A stretch of 64,000 nt of DNA from Candidatus Binatia bacterium (lineage in GTDB: Bacteria > Desulfobacterota > Binatia > UBA9968 > CAXXLF01), in NCBI GenBank assembly GCA_963664015.2, contig CAXXLF010000002.1, positions 1,536,001-1,600,000 of the forward strand, read 5' to 3'. Made by a program: the position numbers and the translations under genes. The notes under the pieces were generated by a model, which worked only from the letters and a program-made list of their open reading frames with translations, ran no database searches and was not told the origin of the DNA. This document shows positions 9,142-19,305 of this stretch, piece by piece (position 1 is the first letter of the stretch; each line of letters starts with the position of its first letter).

Positions 9142-10881
9142 ATGCTAACCCGAACTCAGGAACAACATCTTCCGGTTGTCCACGTGCCGGCAATCGGCAC
9201 GTTTGTCATGGCGGTGATCCTCCTCACCTTGGGCTTCTATTTTTTGTATCCTATCTTTCTGATTGGATTAAACAGCTTCAACACGACCAATAGTCTTCTG
9301 GCAACTCCTGCCTATGGGCTGGATAACTGGCGCAGCGCATTCAGCCAGCCCGACCTATTTAAAGCGGTCGGCAACACCTTTCTCATCTTCGGCATTCAAC
9401 TGGCTATCGGTTTTCCCATAGCTGTCGTTATTGCATGGTCGCTTGCGCGAGTGCGTATGCCCTTCACCTATGGTCTGGAGTTCCTCTTCTGGGTGGCGTA
9501 CCTCGTTCCAACTATATCCATTACTATCGGTTGGATGCTCCTCATGGATCCAGTCCTTGGGTTCCTCAACCGGACCGTCACCTGGCTTCCTTTCTTTGAC
9601 AGCGGACCTTTCAACATCTTCAGCGTCCCGGGCATCATCTGGGTCCACATTGTGGGGAGCACTATTCCCTCAGGCGTGATCCTGCTCACCCCCGCCTTTA
9701 GAAACATGGACGCGGCATTAGAAGAAGCGGCTCGCGTCTCCGGCTCATCGAGCCTTCGGACGATGCTACGAGTTACGCTACCGGTTATGATTCCGCCCAT
9801 GGTGGCAGTTTTTACGTTGCGGCTGGTGCGAATGTTCGAGTCCTTTGAGACGGAGCAGCTACTCGGTGTCCCATTCGGCTTTTTCGTCTATGCAACCAAA
9901 ATCTTCGAGCTGGCTCGTGACACTCCACCCCAATTCGGCTCGGCGACGGCACTCGGCAGCATTACGCTGCTCCTGGTGGCACTCATCATCCCCATCCAGC
10001 GATGGCTCCTTACCAGAAGGCGCTATACCACCGTTACTGGGAGTTTTAAGCCCGGGCGAATCGACCTGGGCCCCTGGAGGTGGGTGATCTTCGGCTCAAT
10101 TATCATCGTATTGGTGCTGCTCATTGTCGCGCCGGTTCTCAGCCTGCTCCTCGGAAGCTTCATGCGTCGAGCGGGGATTTTCATCCTGAAGCCAACCTAC
10201 ACCTTGCACCACTGGCAATTCGTCCTGACCGACCCGGTATTCTTGAACTCACTCAAGAATACGTTGTGGCTCGCCACAACGGCGGCCGTATTCAGCCCAT
10301 TGTTGTTTTCCATGCTTGCTTACATCATCGTACGGACAAAGTGGATTGGCCGCGAGGTGCTTGACAGCCTGATCTGGATCTCAGGGGTTATCCCAGGCAT
10401 GCTCGCTGGGCTCGGCCTGCTGTGGATGTTCGTGGGAACGGCGTTCCTCCGCCCCCTGTACGGAACGCTGCTCCCCTTGATCATCGTTGTTATCATTCAG
10501 GGCAACACGACTGGTGTGCAGATCTCGAAGGCCTTCTTTTACCAGATGGGTGCAGACCTGGAAGAACAGGCCAGGGTATCCGGTGCAGGATGGTGGGCTA
10601 CCTATTTCAAAATCTGGCTCCGCCTGATGATGCCGACCCTGGTATTGTTGGCAGTAATGAACTTCATGTTTGCTGCGACGACCACAAGCAGTATCATCCT
10701 GCTGGCACCACGGGGCACTATGACGCTGTCGATCCTGGCCCTGGAGTTTGCAGCCCCGGGAGTCGGCTTACGTGAATCGGCAGGAATTGTGAGCCTGATT
10801 TCCCTGTTCATGGCGGTAGGCATGGCGCTGGTAGCAAGAGCCTTCGGACTGCGATTTGGCATCCGTGAGAGGAAATACTGA
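9142..10881 (+). CDS. ABC transporter permease (FbpB-like, duplicated TM domain)
   Basis: Two EAA-type motifs (LEEAARVSGSS, LEEQARVSGAG); about 12 TM segments. Confidence 0.9.
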   Translation: MLTRTQEQHLPVVHVPAIGTFVMAVILLTLGFYFLYPIFLIGLNSFNTTNSLLATPAYGLDNWRSAFSQPDLFKAVGNTFLIFGIQLAIGFPIAVVIAWSLARVRMPFTYGLEFLFWVAYLVPTISITIGWMLLMDPVLGFLNRTVTWLPFFDSGPFNIFSVPGIIWVHIVGSTIPSGVILLTPAFRNMDAALEEAARVSGSSSLRTMLRVTLPVMIPPMVAVFTLRLVRMFESFETEQLLGVPFGFFVYATKIFELARDTPPQFGSATALGSITLLLVALIIPIQRWLLTRRRYTTVTGSFKPGRIDLGPWRWVIFGSIIIVLVLLIVAPVLSLLLGSFMRRAGIFILKPTYTLHHWQFVLTDPVFLNSLKNTLWLATTAAVFSPLLFSMLAYIIVRTKWIGREVLDSLIWISGVIPGMLAGLGLLWMFVGTAFLRPLYGTLLPLIIVVIIQGNTTGVQISKAFFYQMGADLEEQARVSGAGWWATYFKIWLRLMMPTLVLLAVMNFMFAATTTSSIILLAPRGTMTLSILALEFAAPGVGLRESAGIVSLISLFMAVGMALVARAFGLRFGIRERKY

Positions 10882-10894
10882 GATCCCCACGGAT

Positions 10895-11095
10895 AAAGCA
10901 AAGCGCAAAGAGCAGAGCGCAAAGCGTTAAGATGGGACAACGGACGACTGACTACGGGACGAGGGGGGAAAGAGGGACAGTCGGCAGTGAACAGATGGCA
11001 GGATGATGGCTATCAGTAGTCAGTTTTCAGCGATCAGTAAAGAAATAGTACGAAGCTAGGGAGGAGCACAGGGACAAGGTAAATCGCCGCCGGAG
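10895..11095. repeat. Intergenic heptamer-mosaic repeat block (most complete copy)
   Basis: GCAAAGCGCAAAGAGCAGAGCGCAAAGCGTTAAG-ATGGGACAACGGACGACTGACTACGG-CAGTCGGCAG-GCTATCAGTAGTCAG-GCACAGGGACAAGG. Confidence 0.75.
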
Positions 11096-11258
11096 CTCTT
11101 TTTTTATATTTTAAAAGAAAGGTATTTGTTTTATGGCTAGCCCGGACTCTGCATGAATGGGGCGTTGGGACAGCCAACCTGTGGTTGGCCGGGGCACGTC
11201 GCGTCTGCGGCGTGCCCATTTTTATGTTAGCATAGAATTCGAATGGTTTGGTCACACG

Positions 11259-11798
11259 TCATTTTGGAAACGTAAGCGCGATACCAAGAGATATTGGTTT
11301 ATCGCCGATGCTCAAAACCGTTCTTGCGTCTGACAACTCCCAGGACGAGAGCTTTTCTTTCGAATATCCTTTTGTTGTGGCGGTATCCGACGAGCCAGCC
11401 TTGGTCAATTTGATGACGTAATTTTCATTGCTTCCGTCGCTCAGAGTTACCGAGAGAGCCATTTGCTTGCCTTCTTCTGTCGCCACTGTTTGCAGTGAGG
11501 CAATTTGAGTCCAGGCTGTTGTCCTGTTCACGGTATCGAAGTACATCCACAAGTGTGACCCAATAAATGCGAAAAGCAGCAACCAAGCATACTGACCAAC
11601 CCTCTGCTGTTTTTTCATATACCGAAATTTATGTAGGTCGAAAACTTTGCGGTACGTTTTTCTATCGGCTTCCAATTTCTTAGCAGGACTTTCCTCCACC
11701 GAACTCACCGGTTCTTCAATTTTAGATCCGAGACTGTTCAGTATCATCCCCACGATTATCAACACCAATGGGATACCGATCACTAGAAATGGATTCAT
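11259..11798 (-). CDS. Hypothetical membrane protein (2 TM)
   Basis: 179-aa ORF with AGGAG RBS and two hydrophobic segments; lower GC than neighbours. Confidence 0.6.
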   Translation of the reverse strand: MNPFLVIGIPLVLIIVGMILNSLGSKIEEPVSSVEESPAKKLEADRKTYRKVFDLHKFRYMKKQQRVGQYAWLLLFAFIGSHLWMYFDTVNRTTAWTQIASLQTVATEEGKQMALSVTLSDGSNENYVIKLTKAGSSDTATTKGYSKEKLSSWELSDARTVLSIGDKPISLGIALTFPK

Positions 11799-12110
11799 TA
11801 TGCTCTCCTTGTTAGGGGCTCTGGAAGGCCCTTGGATTTAGGAAGAGGGAGGGGGTCAGGATCTAGGATCCAAACATCCGTGGGGGGAACCAAAGCCAAA
11901 GGTCTTGCAATCGTTGAACTTATGGCCTGGCCTTCTGCCTCTTACGCGCCGTTAGGACGAAGAAATTATGTCAAAGAAACTCTATAGGACTGGACTCACC
12001 TTAGCAAGGGGGATATTGCGGAGGACATAAGGGGTCAGGCCGGGAAATCTTGACCATCTTTACGAGTTCATTGAAAGCTTCCCTAGCTATATTATCACCC
12101 AGAGATTGGC

Positions 12111-13147
12111 TCACTCAAAATTTGCTACCTTCTTCGGTACAATCTCCGCTGGAATCATATCTTTGGGTATATCTATGCGGAGTGAGTTAGCTTTGGCAAT
12201 TTTCTGCCAGGCAAGCTGACCCTCACGGGAGAGAGTCCAATTGATGTAGGCACGAGCCGCATTGGGGTGCGGAGCATTTTTAAAAAAACTTATGTGGCCT
12301 GAACGTGTCGACATAGCACCCGCCTTTTTTTGACTATAGAGTGGACGAACGGGAAGCCCCTGCTTCATAGCTTTCTCAATGTTTGTTGTTTTGGCCATGA
12401 TATGAATCGGATACTTCCCTTAACCTAGCCAATCCATCCTCTGACGCTCGTCAACGGAAAATCTAACATCCATTTCTTCAATGAATCGCTTGATGAATCT
12501 GGGTCCGAGGTCGGAACTGTAGTAGAGAATTCTCCAGTTCCCAACGTTGCCCCTTGCCTTTGGATCTGTCATTACGATTTTCCCTTTCCACTTGGGATCC
12601 AGTAGATCCCACCAAGATCGGACTTCACCGGGCCGGAGGAGATGGGTATTGTACGCCCCCATGAGGACTGAAACGTCGCCCAGCATCGCAAAAACATATC
12701 GTTTTTCGGGATCCGCATAGTGGTGCCGTTTCTGCCACCAGAGAGAGACATCTTTGACCTCGGCTAGGATAAAAGCAGAGCTTATTGGCTCCAGATGGCC
12801 TGCTCTATAATATTCCTGCATCTGGGTTCCTGATCCCGCGATGGCTATGTCAACCAGATGCTTGTTGGCTCTTTGCTCGGCCATGATCCGCGGACCCAAT
12901 TGACTTCCCCCTCCACCGGTAAAATCGAGCCTGATTTTAGGATATGCCTTCTCAAATGACCTAATGGCAGCACGCCACGGAGACCGCGCTTGACCATAAA
13001 TACTGACGCGCCCTTCTTTGTGGCGACCGCAACTGTTTCTTCCCACTTGGCTTTTGACCCAGACTCGGCCCAACTGGCTTGAGCCCCAATGAAGAATATG
13101 AGTAGTGGGATACTCCATCCAACATGACCTAAAAGTAATCTCTTCAT
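12111..13147 (-). pseudogene. Extracellular solute-binding protein, disrupted
   Basis: Signal peptide from ATG 13147; frameshift near 13020; in-frame TAA 12420-12422; retains DLLDPKWKGK and APHPNAARAYINWTLSREGQ. Confidence 0.85.
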
Positions 13148-13378
13148 TGGTTCCTCCTAAACAAATTGCAGATACGGACAGGAGTCCCCGTTTCTCAATC
13201 ACGGGCTTACTTCTCCGACAGTAGGGAAGAACACGATATCTACTTTTTCAGGGTAGAGTCAAACTTTTAAGGCAGAATTTCGGCTCCCTGCTGCATGGGA
13301 ACTTTTGCGGTATCTGCTACCATGTGTCTAAATGGCAAAGGGTAAGGGTCCGGCAATGCATCCAATTGAGGAGGTTAA

Positions 13379-13930
13379 TTGAAACCTGCCATATCGAACG
13401 AGCCTCACGCTCCCAATCCTAGCTGGGCCCGTTGGACCCGGATCCCCTTTCCGTCTTACCGCTACGTGCCGGGAATCCCCCCCCATCCGCACCGGGATGC
13501 TGAAGGACATAGTTACGGAAAAAGGGAGGAAGTCCATCGACCCTGGAGTCCGCAAGAGTGGCGAACTCTGGAGCGATATCTCTATGGGATCGATCTTTAC
13601 AACTACGGCTACTTTTGGGAGGCCCATGAGTCCCTGGAATCTCTCTGGAAAGCCGCCCAGCGGGACAGGATCCAGGGCCGCTTCATCCAGGGCCTCATTC
13701 AAATCGCGGCAGCAAACCTCCACCGACACATGGGCCACAAAATAAATTCACTGCGACAGGCGGAAAAGGGACTAACTCACCTTGGAGCAGCGCTCCGTGA
13801 GGGACCCATCTATATGGGCATTGCTATTGAAGAGTTCTCCCACCGGGCCCGCGCCTACGCCGGTGGTAGGATTCTGACGCCGCCGCCCATTGAACTCATT
13901 TCCGATGACGGGGGAGACGCCGTTCCGTAA
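13379..13930 (+). CDS. DUF309-domain protein
   Basis: YRYVPG..PHP; GIDLYNYGYFWEAHESLESLW; QGLIQIAAA; GAGGAGG RBS. Confidence 0.8.
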   Translation: MKPAISNEPHAPNPSWARWTRIPFPSYRYVPGIPPHPHRDAEGHSYGKREEVHRPWSPQEWRTLERYLYGIDLYNYGYFWEAHESLESLWKAAQRDRIQGRFIQGLIQIAAANLHRHMGHKINSLRQAEKGLTHLGAALREGPIYMGIAIEEFSHRARAYAGGRILTPPPIELISDDGGDAVP

Positions 13931-14021
13931 CATACCTTAGAAGGTCGGGTTCAAGAATACGCAACTCGCACAAGCCGTGCCCTCCCACGATTGGTAAGCC
14001 TGGAGACGAAGAGATTGGGTT

Positions 14022-14654
14022 ATGCTTAAAACGTCTGAAGATTTCGATAAAATCGAAGCCGTTACCCTCGGCCATTACGATCAAAATGCCGCTTCCTTTT
14101 GGGAGGGGACGAAAGACCACGATGTGGCTCAAAACTATAAGGAATTTTTAGCGCTGTTCCCGGAGGGAAAAATCCTGGACATCTTGGACTTCGGGTGCGG
14201 CCCCGGGAGAGATGTCCAATATTTCCAAAACCTAGGCCACCGACCGGTGGGCTTGGATGGCAGTGCCATCTTCTGCAATATGGCTCGCCGATACACTCAC
14301 TGCGAGATCCTTAATCAAAAGTTTCTTAGCCTGCGGCTACCGCACCAGGCCTTCGACGGCGTCTTCGCTAACGCCTCTCTTTTTCACGTTCCCAGACAGG
14401 AACTGTCGCGGATTCTTGGTGAATTACACGAGGCCTTACGGCCCGGAGGAATTTTATTTTCATCCAATCCCCGAGGGGATGGCGAGGGTTGGTCCGGGCA
14501 ACGCTATGGCCATTATATGGAATTGGATGCAAGCAAGGCTTACCTGGAGAAGGCAGACTTTGAAGTGATAAAACACTACTATCGTCCCTCCGGTAAGCCA
14601 AGATCTGAGCAACCGTGGTTGGCCATTGTGAGCCAACGTCTCGAAATAAAATAG
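14022..14654 (+). CDS. Class I SAM-dependent methyltransferase
   Basis: ILDFGCGPGRD; FDGVFANASLFHVP; LRPGG. Confidence 0.85.
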   Translation: MLKTSEDFDKIEAVTLGHYDQNAASFWEGTKDHDVAQNYKEFLALFPEGKILDILDFGCGPGRDVQYFQNLGHRPVGLDGSAIFCNMARRYTHCEILNQKFLSLRLPHQAFDGVFANASLFHVPRQELSRILGELHEALRPGGILFSSNPRGDGEGWSGQRYGHYMELDASKAYLEKADFEVIKHYYRPSGKPRSEQPWLAIVSQRLEIK

Positions 14655-14842
14655 CAGAGCATTAAGATTGGACAACCGACCACGGCCGACAGGGCTACGA
14701 GGCCAAAGAATGACAGTCAGCAGCAGGCAGAGGGCAGCAAGTAGAAGAGAGCTATCAGCCATCAGCCAGATAGGAAAGACAGGGAGCAGTATGCAATGGA
14801 CAACAGGATAAAGCACCGGGACGAGGCAACACGCCGCCGGTA
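14655..14842. repeat. Intergenic heptamer-mosaic repeat block
   Basis: CAGAGCATTAAG-ATTGGACAACCGACCACGG-CAGCAGGCAGAGGGCAG-GCTATCAGCCATCAGCCA-GCACCGGGACGAGGCAACACGCCGCCGG; same module order as 10895..11095. Confidence 0.75.
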
Positions 14843-14906
14843 CATTTTGGATTTCTTAGCAGTAAAAAGAGAACCGGTTGATCGCAAGACCTAACTCGGC
14901 ATACAC

Positions 14907-14941
14907 CCCAATTGACAAGCTCATCATTCTGGGTCTAGAAT
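14907..14941 (+). promoter_or_regulatory. Sigma70-like promoter, repeated cassette copy 1
   Basis: CCCAA-TTGACA(14912-14917)-18 nt-TAGAAT(14936-14941). Confidence 0.65.
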
Positions 14942-15002
14942 ACCTGCCGATCAGAGAGGGCAACAGTTTACAGCGTGCAGAAGGCAATGGGCAGGAATTC
15001 CG

Positions 15003-15120
15003 TGACGATGGACAACCGACTACTGACTTCTAGGCCAAAGAAAGAGAGTAGGCAGCAAGAAAGCTATCAGCCAAATTAGAATGACGATTACCAAACGCAG
15101 GACACAGGACAAAACAGGAA
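15003..15120. repeat. Heptamer-mosaic block inside predicted 5' leader
   Basis: GATGGACAACCGACTACTGAC, AGTAGGCAGC, GCTATCAGCCA; lies between the promoter and ATG 15135. Confidence 0.65.
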
Positions 15121-15134
15121 TCAGGAGGTAGAGC

Positions 15135-16169
15135 ATGGCGACTATTGATGCAGACAGTCATGTGATCGAAACGGAAGCCACATGGCAGTATATGGAAGGC
15201 CCCGACACCCAATATAAACCTCTTTCCGTCGTCTCACGGACAGACCCTCCCAAAGAGTTTTGGCTTATTGACGGGAAAGCGCGTTCGAGGGGCGGCAACG
15301 TAGGCCGTGATGCCTTGAAGACGTGCCGGGAACTGTCGGACGTCGCTGCACGACTGCGCCATATGGATGAACTTGGAACAGATATCCAGGTACTGTACCC
15401 GTCGATTTGGACCAGTGTTATCTTTAGCCATCCTGAACTCGAGCTCGCAATATGCCGGAGCTACAACCGATGGCTCGGTGAGGCTTGGCGACAGGGAAAA
15501 GGGCGACTGCGATGGGTCGCTGTGATGCCTCTCATGAGCATGGACAAAGCGATCGAAGAATTGAACATTGCAAAGGACAACGGCGCATGCGGTCTACTTC
15601 ACCGCGGCTTCGAGGGCAATCGGCATCCTTCCGATCCTTACTTCTTCCCGTTGTATGAGGAGGCAAGTCGTTTGAATATGCCCGTCTGTTTCCATGCGGG
15701 CATCGGCTCCCCTGAGCTGCTCGAATTCTACAACAAGGCTCCCGGTGGAGGAAGCTTCATGAAATTCAAGCTTCCCGTGATCAGTGCTTTTGAGACTATC
15801 GTTTCCGGTGGAATCCCGGCCCGGTTTCCCGACCTCAGGTTCGCCTTTGTGGAGGTCAGTGCACAGTGGATCCCCTACCTCATGCACTCCTTCGGCCGCG
15901 CCCGAGGGGAGCACTCGCGCAAGAGCGAGATCCCCTATGAGCTATTTCGGGAAAACCGGCTTTACGTTGCTTGTCAGATGGACGATGATCTCCCAAATGT
16001 GGTGAAATATGCTGGCGAAGACAACATTGTGTTGGGTACGGATTACGGACACTCGGACAGTTCCTCGGATTTAGAAGCCCTGCAAACACTACGTAATGAG
16101 TGCCCCGTGTCTCGAGACGCTGTTGGAAAAATCCTCGACGCGAATCCCAGAGCCTTGTACGCCCTTTAG
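15135..16169 (+). CDS. Amidohydrolase family protein (Amidohydro_2)
   Basis: IDADSH, PVCFH, GTDYGH; close paralog of 1765..2814. Confidence 0.9.
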   Translation: MATIDADSHVIETEATWQYMEGPDTQYKPLSVVSRTDPPKEFWLIDGKARSRGGNVGRDALKTCRELSDVAARLRHMDELGTDIQVLYPSIWTSVIFSHPELELAICRSYNRWLGEAWRQGKGRLRWVAVMPLMSMDKAIEELNIAKDNGACGLLHRGFEGNRHPSDPYFFPLYEEASRLNMPVCFHAGIGSPELLEFYNKAPGGGSFMKFKLPVISAFETIVSGGIPARFPDLRFAFVEVSAQWIPYLMHSFGRARGEHSRKSEIPYELFRENRLYVACQMDDDLPNVVKYAGEDNIVLGTDYGHSDSSSDLEALQTLRNECPVSRDAVGKILDANPRALYAL

Positions 16170-16440
16170 CTGGTACCTTAATAGATACTCACTTTTTGGA
16201 AGGTTTCATGGCCTGGCGCATGGGCGTGGCACCGGCAGCTGAAAATGGTTCCGTCAGGGTGAACAATGGTGTCTTTTCAAGGAGTTAGCGTTTTGGCTTC
16301 ATAGCTGTGGAAGCGTATTGTTATAGTAATTCTGCTGGTCTTTGCCGTGCTGGGACTCGATCGTACGGTAGCCCTGCTCCCCGACAAATGGGTCGAATCT
16401 TTAATTGACTGTTAACCTGCCCTTCCCTACCCGCCACCAC

Positions 16441-16475
16441 CCCAATTGACAATCTCGCCCCGGCGGGCATAAGAT
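16441..16475 (+). promoter_or_regulatory. Sigma70-like promoter, repeated cassette copy 2
   Basis: CCCAA-TTGACA(16446-16451)-18 nt-TAAGAT(16470-16475). Confidence 0.6.
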
Positions 16476-16672
16476 AACTGTTCACTCTCAGGCGCAAGGG
16501 AAAGAATCGAAACTGCATTTCGTGTTCGTGGGCGTGAATCATGGACATGGCAAAGGTAAAGATATCAATGCGCGAGAAACAGTGTAACTCCGGCTCCTAC
16601 CTCGGTATCGAGCGAGTTTCAACCAGAGTAATAAAAGACCTTCATCCCACTTAGAAAAGGTAACTATCGACG

Positions 16673-18925
16673 ATGTGGCATACCATCGGCCGGGCGCTTC
16701 CCAGAGTGGAAGGAGCCTCAAAAGTAGAAGGGACGTGTGTTTACACGGCGGATGTTATAAGGCCATCCGCGCTTTGGGGCAAATTTCTCCGGAGCCCCCT
16801 CCCCCACGCGCGAATCCTGAGTATCGATGTGAGCCAGGCCCTTCGCCTTCCGGGAGTAAAGGCGATTGTCACCGGAAAGGATATTTCACCGCGACTGGAA
16901 GGATATACACTACAGGACAAACCTGTATTTGCCTTGGACCGAGTACGCTACATTGGGGAGAAGGTCGCGGGAGTTGCGGCTATTGATAAAGACATTGCGG
17001 AAGAGGCCCTCACGCTTATTGACGTGAATTACGAAGAACTGCCGACGGTCTTCGACCCTGTGGAGGCGTTGAAGCCCGAGGCCCCGCTGCTTCACCCCAA
17101 ATATGCGTCGTATCTTGGTCCTCCCAACATGGCACCCCAATTGAGAAATGTTCAGACTGTTATCTCCACGTCAAAGGGAGACATCGCGGCGGGGTTCGCT
17201 GCGTCCGACAGGATTTTTGAAAATACTTTTAGAACTCATATGGTGCACCAGGGTTTTATCGAACCTCGAGCCTGTGTCGTGGAAATAGATAAAGACGGAC
17301 GAATCATGGTTTGGTTCGGGCATCAATCGAGTTTCAAAGTGCGCAGTTGGCTGGCCACCCACATCGGCATCGCCGAGGAAAGGATCGTTGTTCATCCGGT
17401 AAATCTGGGAGGTTCCTTCGGAGGGAAAGAGGGATATGAAGATGCTCTGTGCACCTATTATTTGGCCAAGGCCTCGGGCCGGCCGGTAAAGGTCGTCTCC
17501 ACCTATACGGAGGAGCTGATCGACGGCGAGCCGCGCCACGCTGCCGTAATTACTCTGAGGACAGGGATAAAAAACGATGGGCGGCTGTGGGCCTGGGACG
17601 GGAAAATCCATTACGACGGGGGCGCCTACGCAGCGCGCAAGCCCAGCCCCAGAGCCAACATGAACGGGACCTTCATGCTCGCCGGATCCTACTCCATCCC
17701 CCATACAAAGATGGAGGGGTACGCGGTGTATACCAATCGGATTCCCTGCGGGTACTTCCGTGCACCCGGCGAGGTGCAGACCTTGTTCGCGGTCGAATCC
17801 CATATGGACATGATAGCGGAAACTATGGGGATCGATCCTTTAGAGTTCCGCCTGCGTAACGCCCTCAAGGGAGGCGATACCAGGAGCACGGGAGAATCCA
17901 TCTCTGACCCCCGGGCTCAGGAAACGTTGCAGCAGGTTGCCAAGTCATCGCACTGGAATGGACACGTTCGTGGCAAAACAAATGGACAAAAGCTGGCAGG
18001 CCGTGGATGGGCCTTTGGTGATCGTCATGTAGGGCACGGAGAGTCCAGCAGCGAATTGTTTTTAGAGAAGGACGGAACTCTCTGCTTGACGACGTCCGTC
18101 AGGGACCAGGGCGTCGGCGCTTACACCATGCATCGTCAGGTTGCTGCCGAGGTTCTTGGAATCAATCCGAATCTGATTCGGGTCGAAATCAAGGGTACCG
18201 ACACGGGCCCCTATGACGAAGGAGTGAGAGGGGCAAGGGGAACCCATGTCGAAGGCCAAGCGGTTTTCCGGGCCGCCCAAGCCCTCATCAAGAGACTTTG
18301 CGAAGAGAGCGCCTCCCTGTGGAAAGTGAGGCCTGAGAAGGTGGAGTGGAAGGACGGAAAGGCTGGGTTATCGAAAGGGAAGTCTCGGAAAACCATGGGC
18401 TTGAAAGGAATCGCCCGGAACTGCGACGTACCCATCTGCGGTTTCGGCCACTTCAAGGCTGAGACAAAGCCGGACGTTTATTCCTTCCAGGCTATCGTAG
18501 CTGATGTGGAAGTGGACAGTGAGACGGGAGAGATTGATGTGCAAAAACTCTACTTCGCCTATGATGTAACCCAAGTCATCAATCCAATCATTCACCAGGG
18601 CCAGATCGAAGGAGCGATTATCCAGGGTTTGGGATTTACCGTAATGGAAGAGATGGCCGTGGACGAGGGGCGGATCCTGACTTTGAATCTGGGTGACTAC
18701 AAGATCCCCACGATCAAGGATATCCCTCGCCTAGCAACGACACTGGTCCAGGCCGATCAGGGGCCTGGTCCCTTTGGGACAAAGGCTGTGGCGGAAGCGG
18801 GAATCAGCATCATCGCACCGGCCATTGCCAATGCCGTATACGACGCCACAGGGGTACGGATTTTCGAGACGCCGATTACGCCTGAGAAGATTCTCACTGG
18901 ATTAGCATCCCGTGCCATATCTTAA
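16673..18925 (+). CDS. Xanthine dehydrogenase family molybdopterin-binding subunit
   Basis: LRSPLPHARI, GGSFGGK, YFRAPG, GQIEGAIIQGLG, GPFGTKAVAE, AIANAVYDATGVR. Confidence 0.9.
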   Translation: MWHTIGRALPRVEGASKVEGTCVYTADVIRPSALWGKFLRSPLPHARILSIDVSQALRLPGVKAIVTGKDISPRLEGYTLQDKPVFALDRVRYIGEKVAGVAAIDKDIAEEALTLIDVNYEELPTVFDPVEALKPEAPLLHPKYASYLGPPNMAPQLRNVQTVISTSKGDIAAGFAASDRIFENTFRTHMVHQGFIEPRACVVEIDKDGRIMVWFGHQSSFKVRSWLATHIGIAEERIVVHPVNLGGSFGGKEGYEDALCTYYLAKASGRPVKVVSTYTEELIDGEPRHAAVITLRTGIKNDGRLWAWDGKIHYDGGAYAARKPSPRANMNGTFMLAGSYSIPHTKMEGYAVYTNRIPCGYFRAPGEVQTLFAVESHMDMIAETMGIDPLEFRLRNALKGGDTRSTGESISDPRAQETLQQVAKSSHWNGHVRGKTNGQKLAGRGWAFGDRHVGHGESSSELFLEKDGTLCLTTSVRDQGVGAYTMHRQVAAEVLGINPNLIRVEIKGTDTGPYDEGVRGARGTHVEGQAVFRAAQALIKRLCEESASLWKVRPEKVEWKDGKAGLSKGKSRKTMGLKGIARNCDVPICGFGHFKAETKPDVYSFQAIVADVEVDSETGEIDVQKLYFAYDVTQVINPIIHQGQIEGAIIQGLGFTVMEEMAVDEGRILTLNLGDYKIPTIKDIPRLATTLVQADQGPGPFGTKAVAEAGISIIAPAIANAVYDATGVRIFETPITPEKILTGLASRAIS

Positions 18926-19012
18926 CGGAACCCACGGGCAAATCTTTTTTGACAGTTCGCCTCAACTATAGATTTTTATTCAAAACTCCCGCCCTTCCCT
19001 GACTACCATCAA

Positions 19013-19047
19013 CCCAATTGACAAAGCTCCCCCACCAGGCATAGAAT
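19013..19047 (+). promoter_or_regulatory. Sigma70-like promoter, repeated cassette copy 3
   Basis: CCCAA-TTGACA(19018-19023)-18 nt-TAGAAT(19042-19047). Confidence 0.65.
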
Positions 19048-19051
19048 GCCC

Positions 19052-19165
19052 GCGACTAGACGACCCGTTACTACTGAGCAAAGCGCATAGGCCACGGCGC
19101 CGAATGACAAGACCAGATAGCAACCGGTTCAGGCACCGGGACAAGGCGACAGGCCACCGGTGCCT
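19052..19165. repeat. Heptamer-mosaic block inside predicted 5' leader
   Basis: GCAAAGCGCATAGG; AGGCACCGGGACAAGGCGACAGGCCACCGGTGCC. Confidence 0.55.
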
Positions 19166-19305
19166 TTTGTTTGGGGGTGGTTCGAATAGCACGTACGGTG
19201 GTAGGTCCGTTGGTCTCTTAACGTAAGACAAGGGGGATTGATGAGGCTACTCCCAGATGTGCAAGGCTCGCTTACCGCCATGCAAAAGAAGAAGGAGGAG
19301 ATGCC

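Noticed and set aside
16480-16510. CTCTCAGG as part of a glycine riboswitch
   Set aside because: The upstream GGAGA and CCGAAG elements and the aptamer stems are missing.
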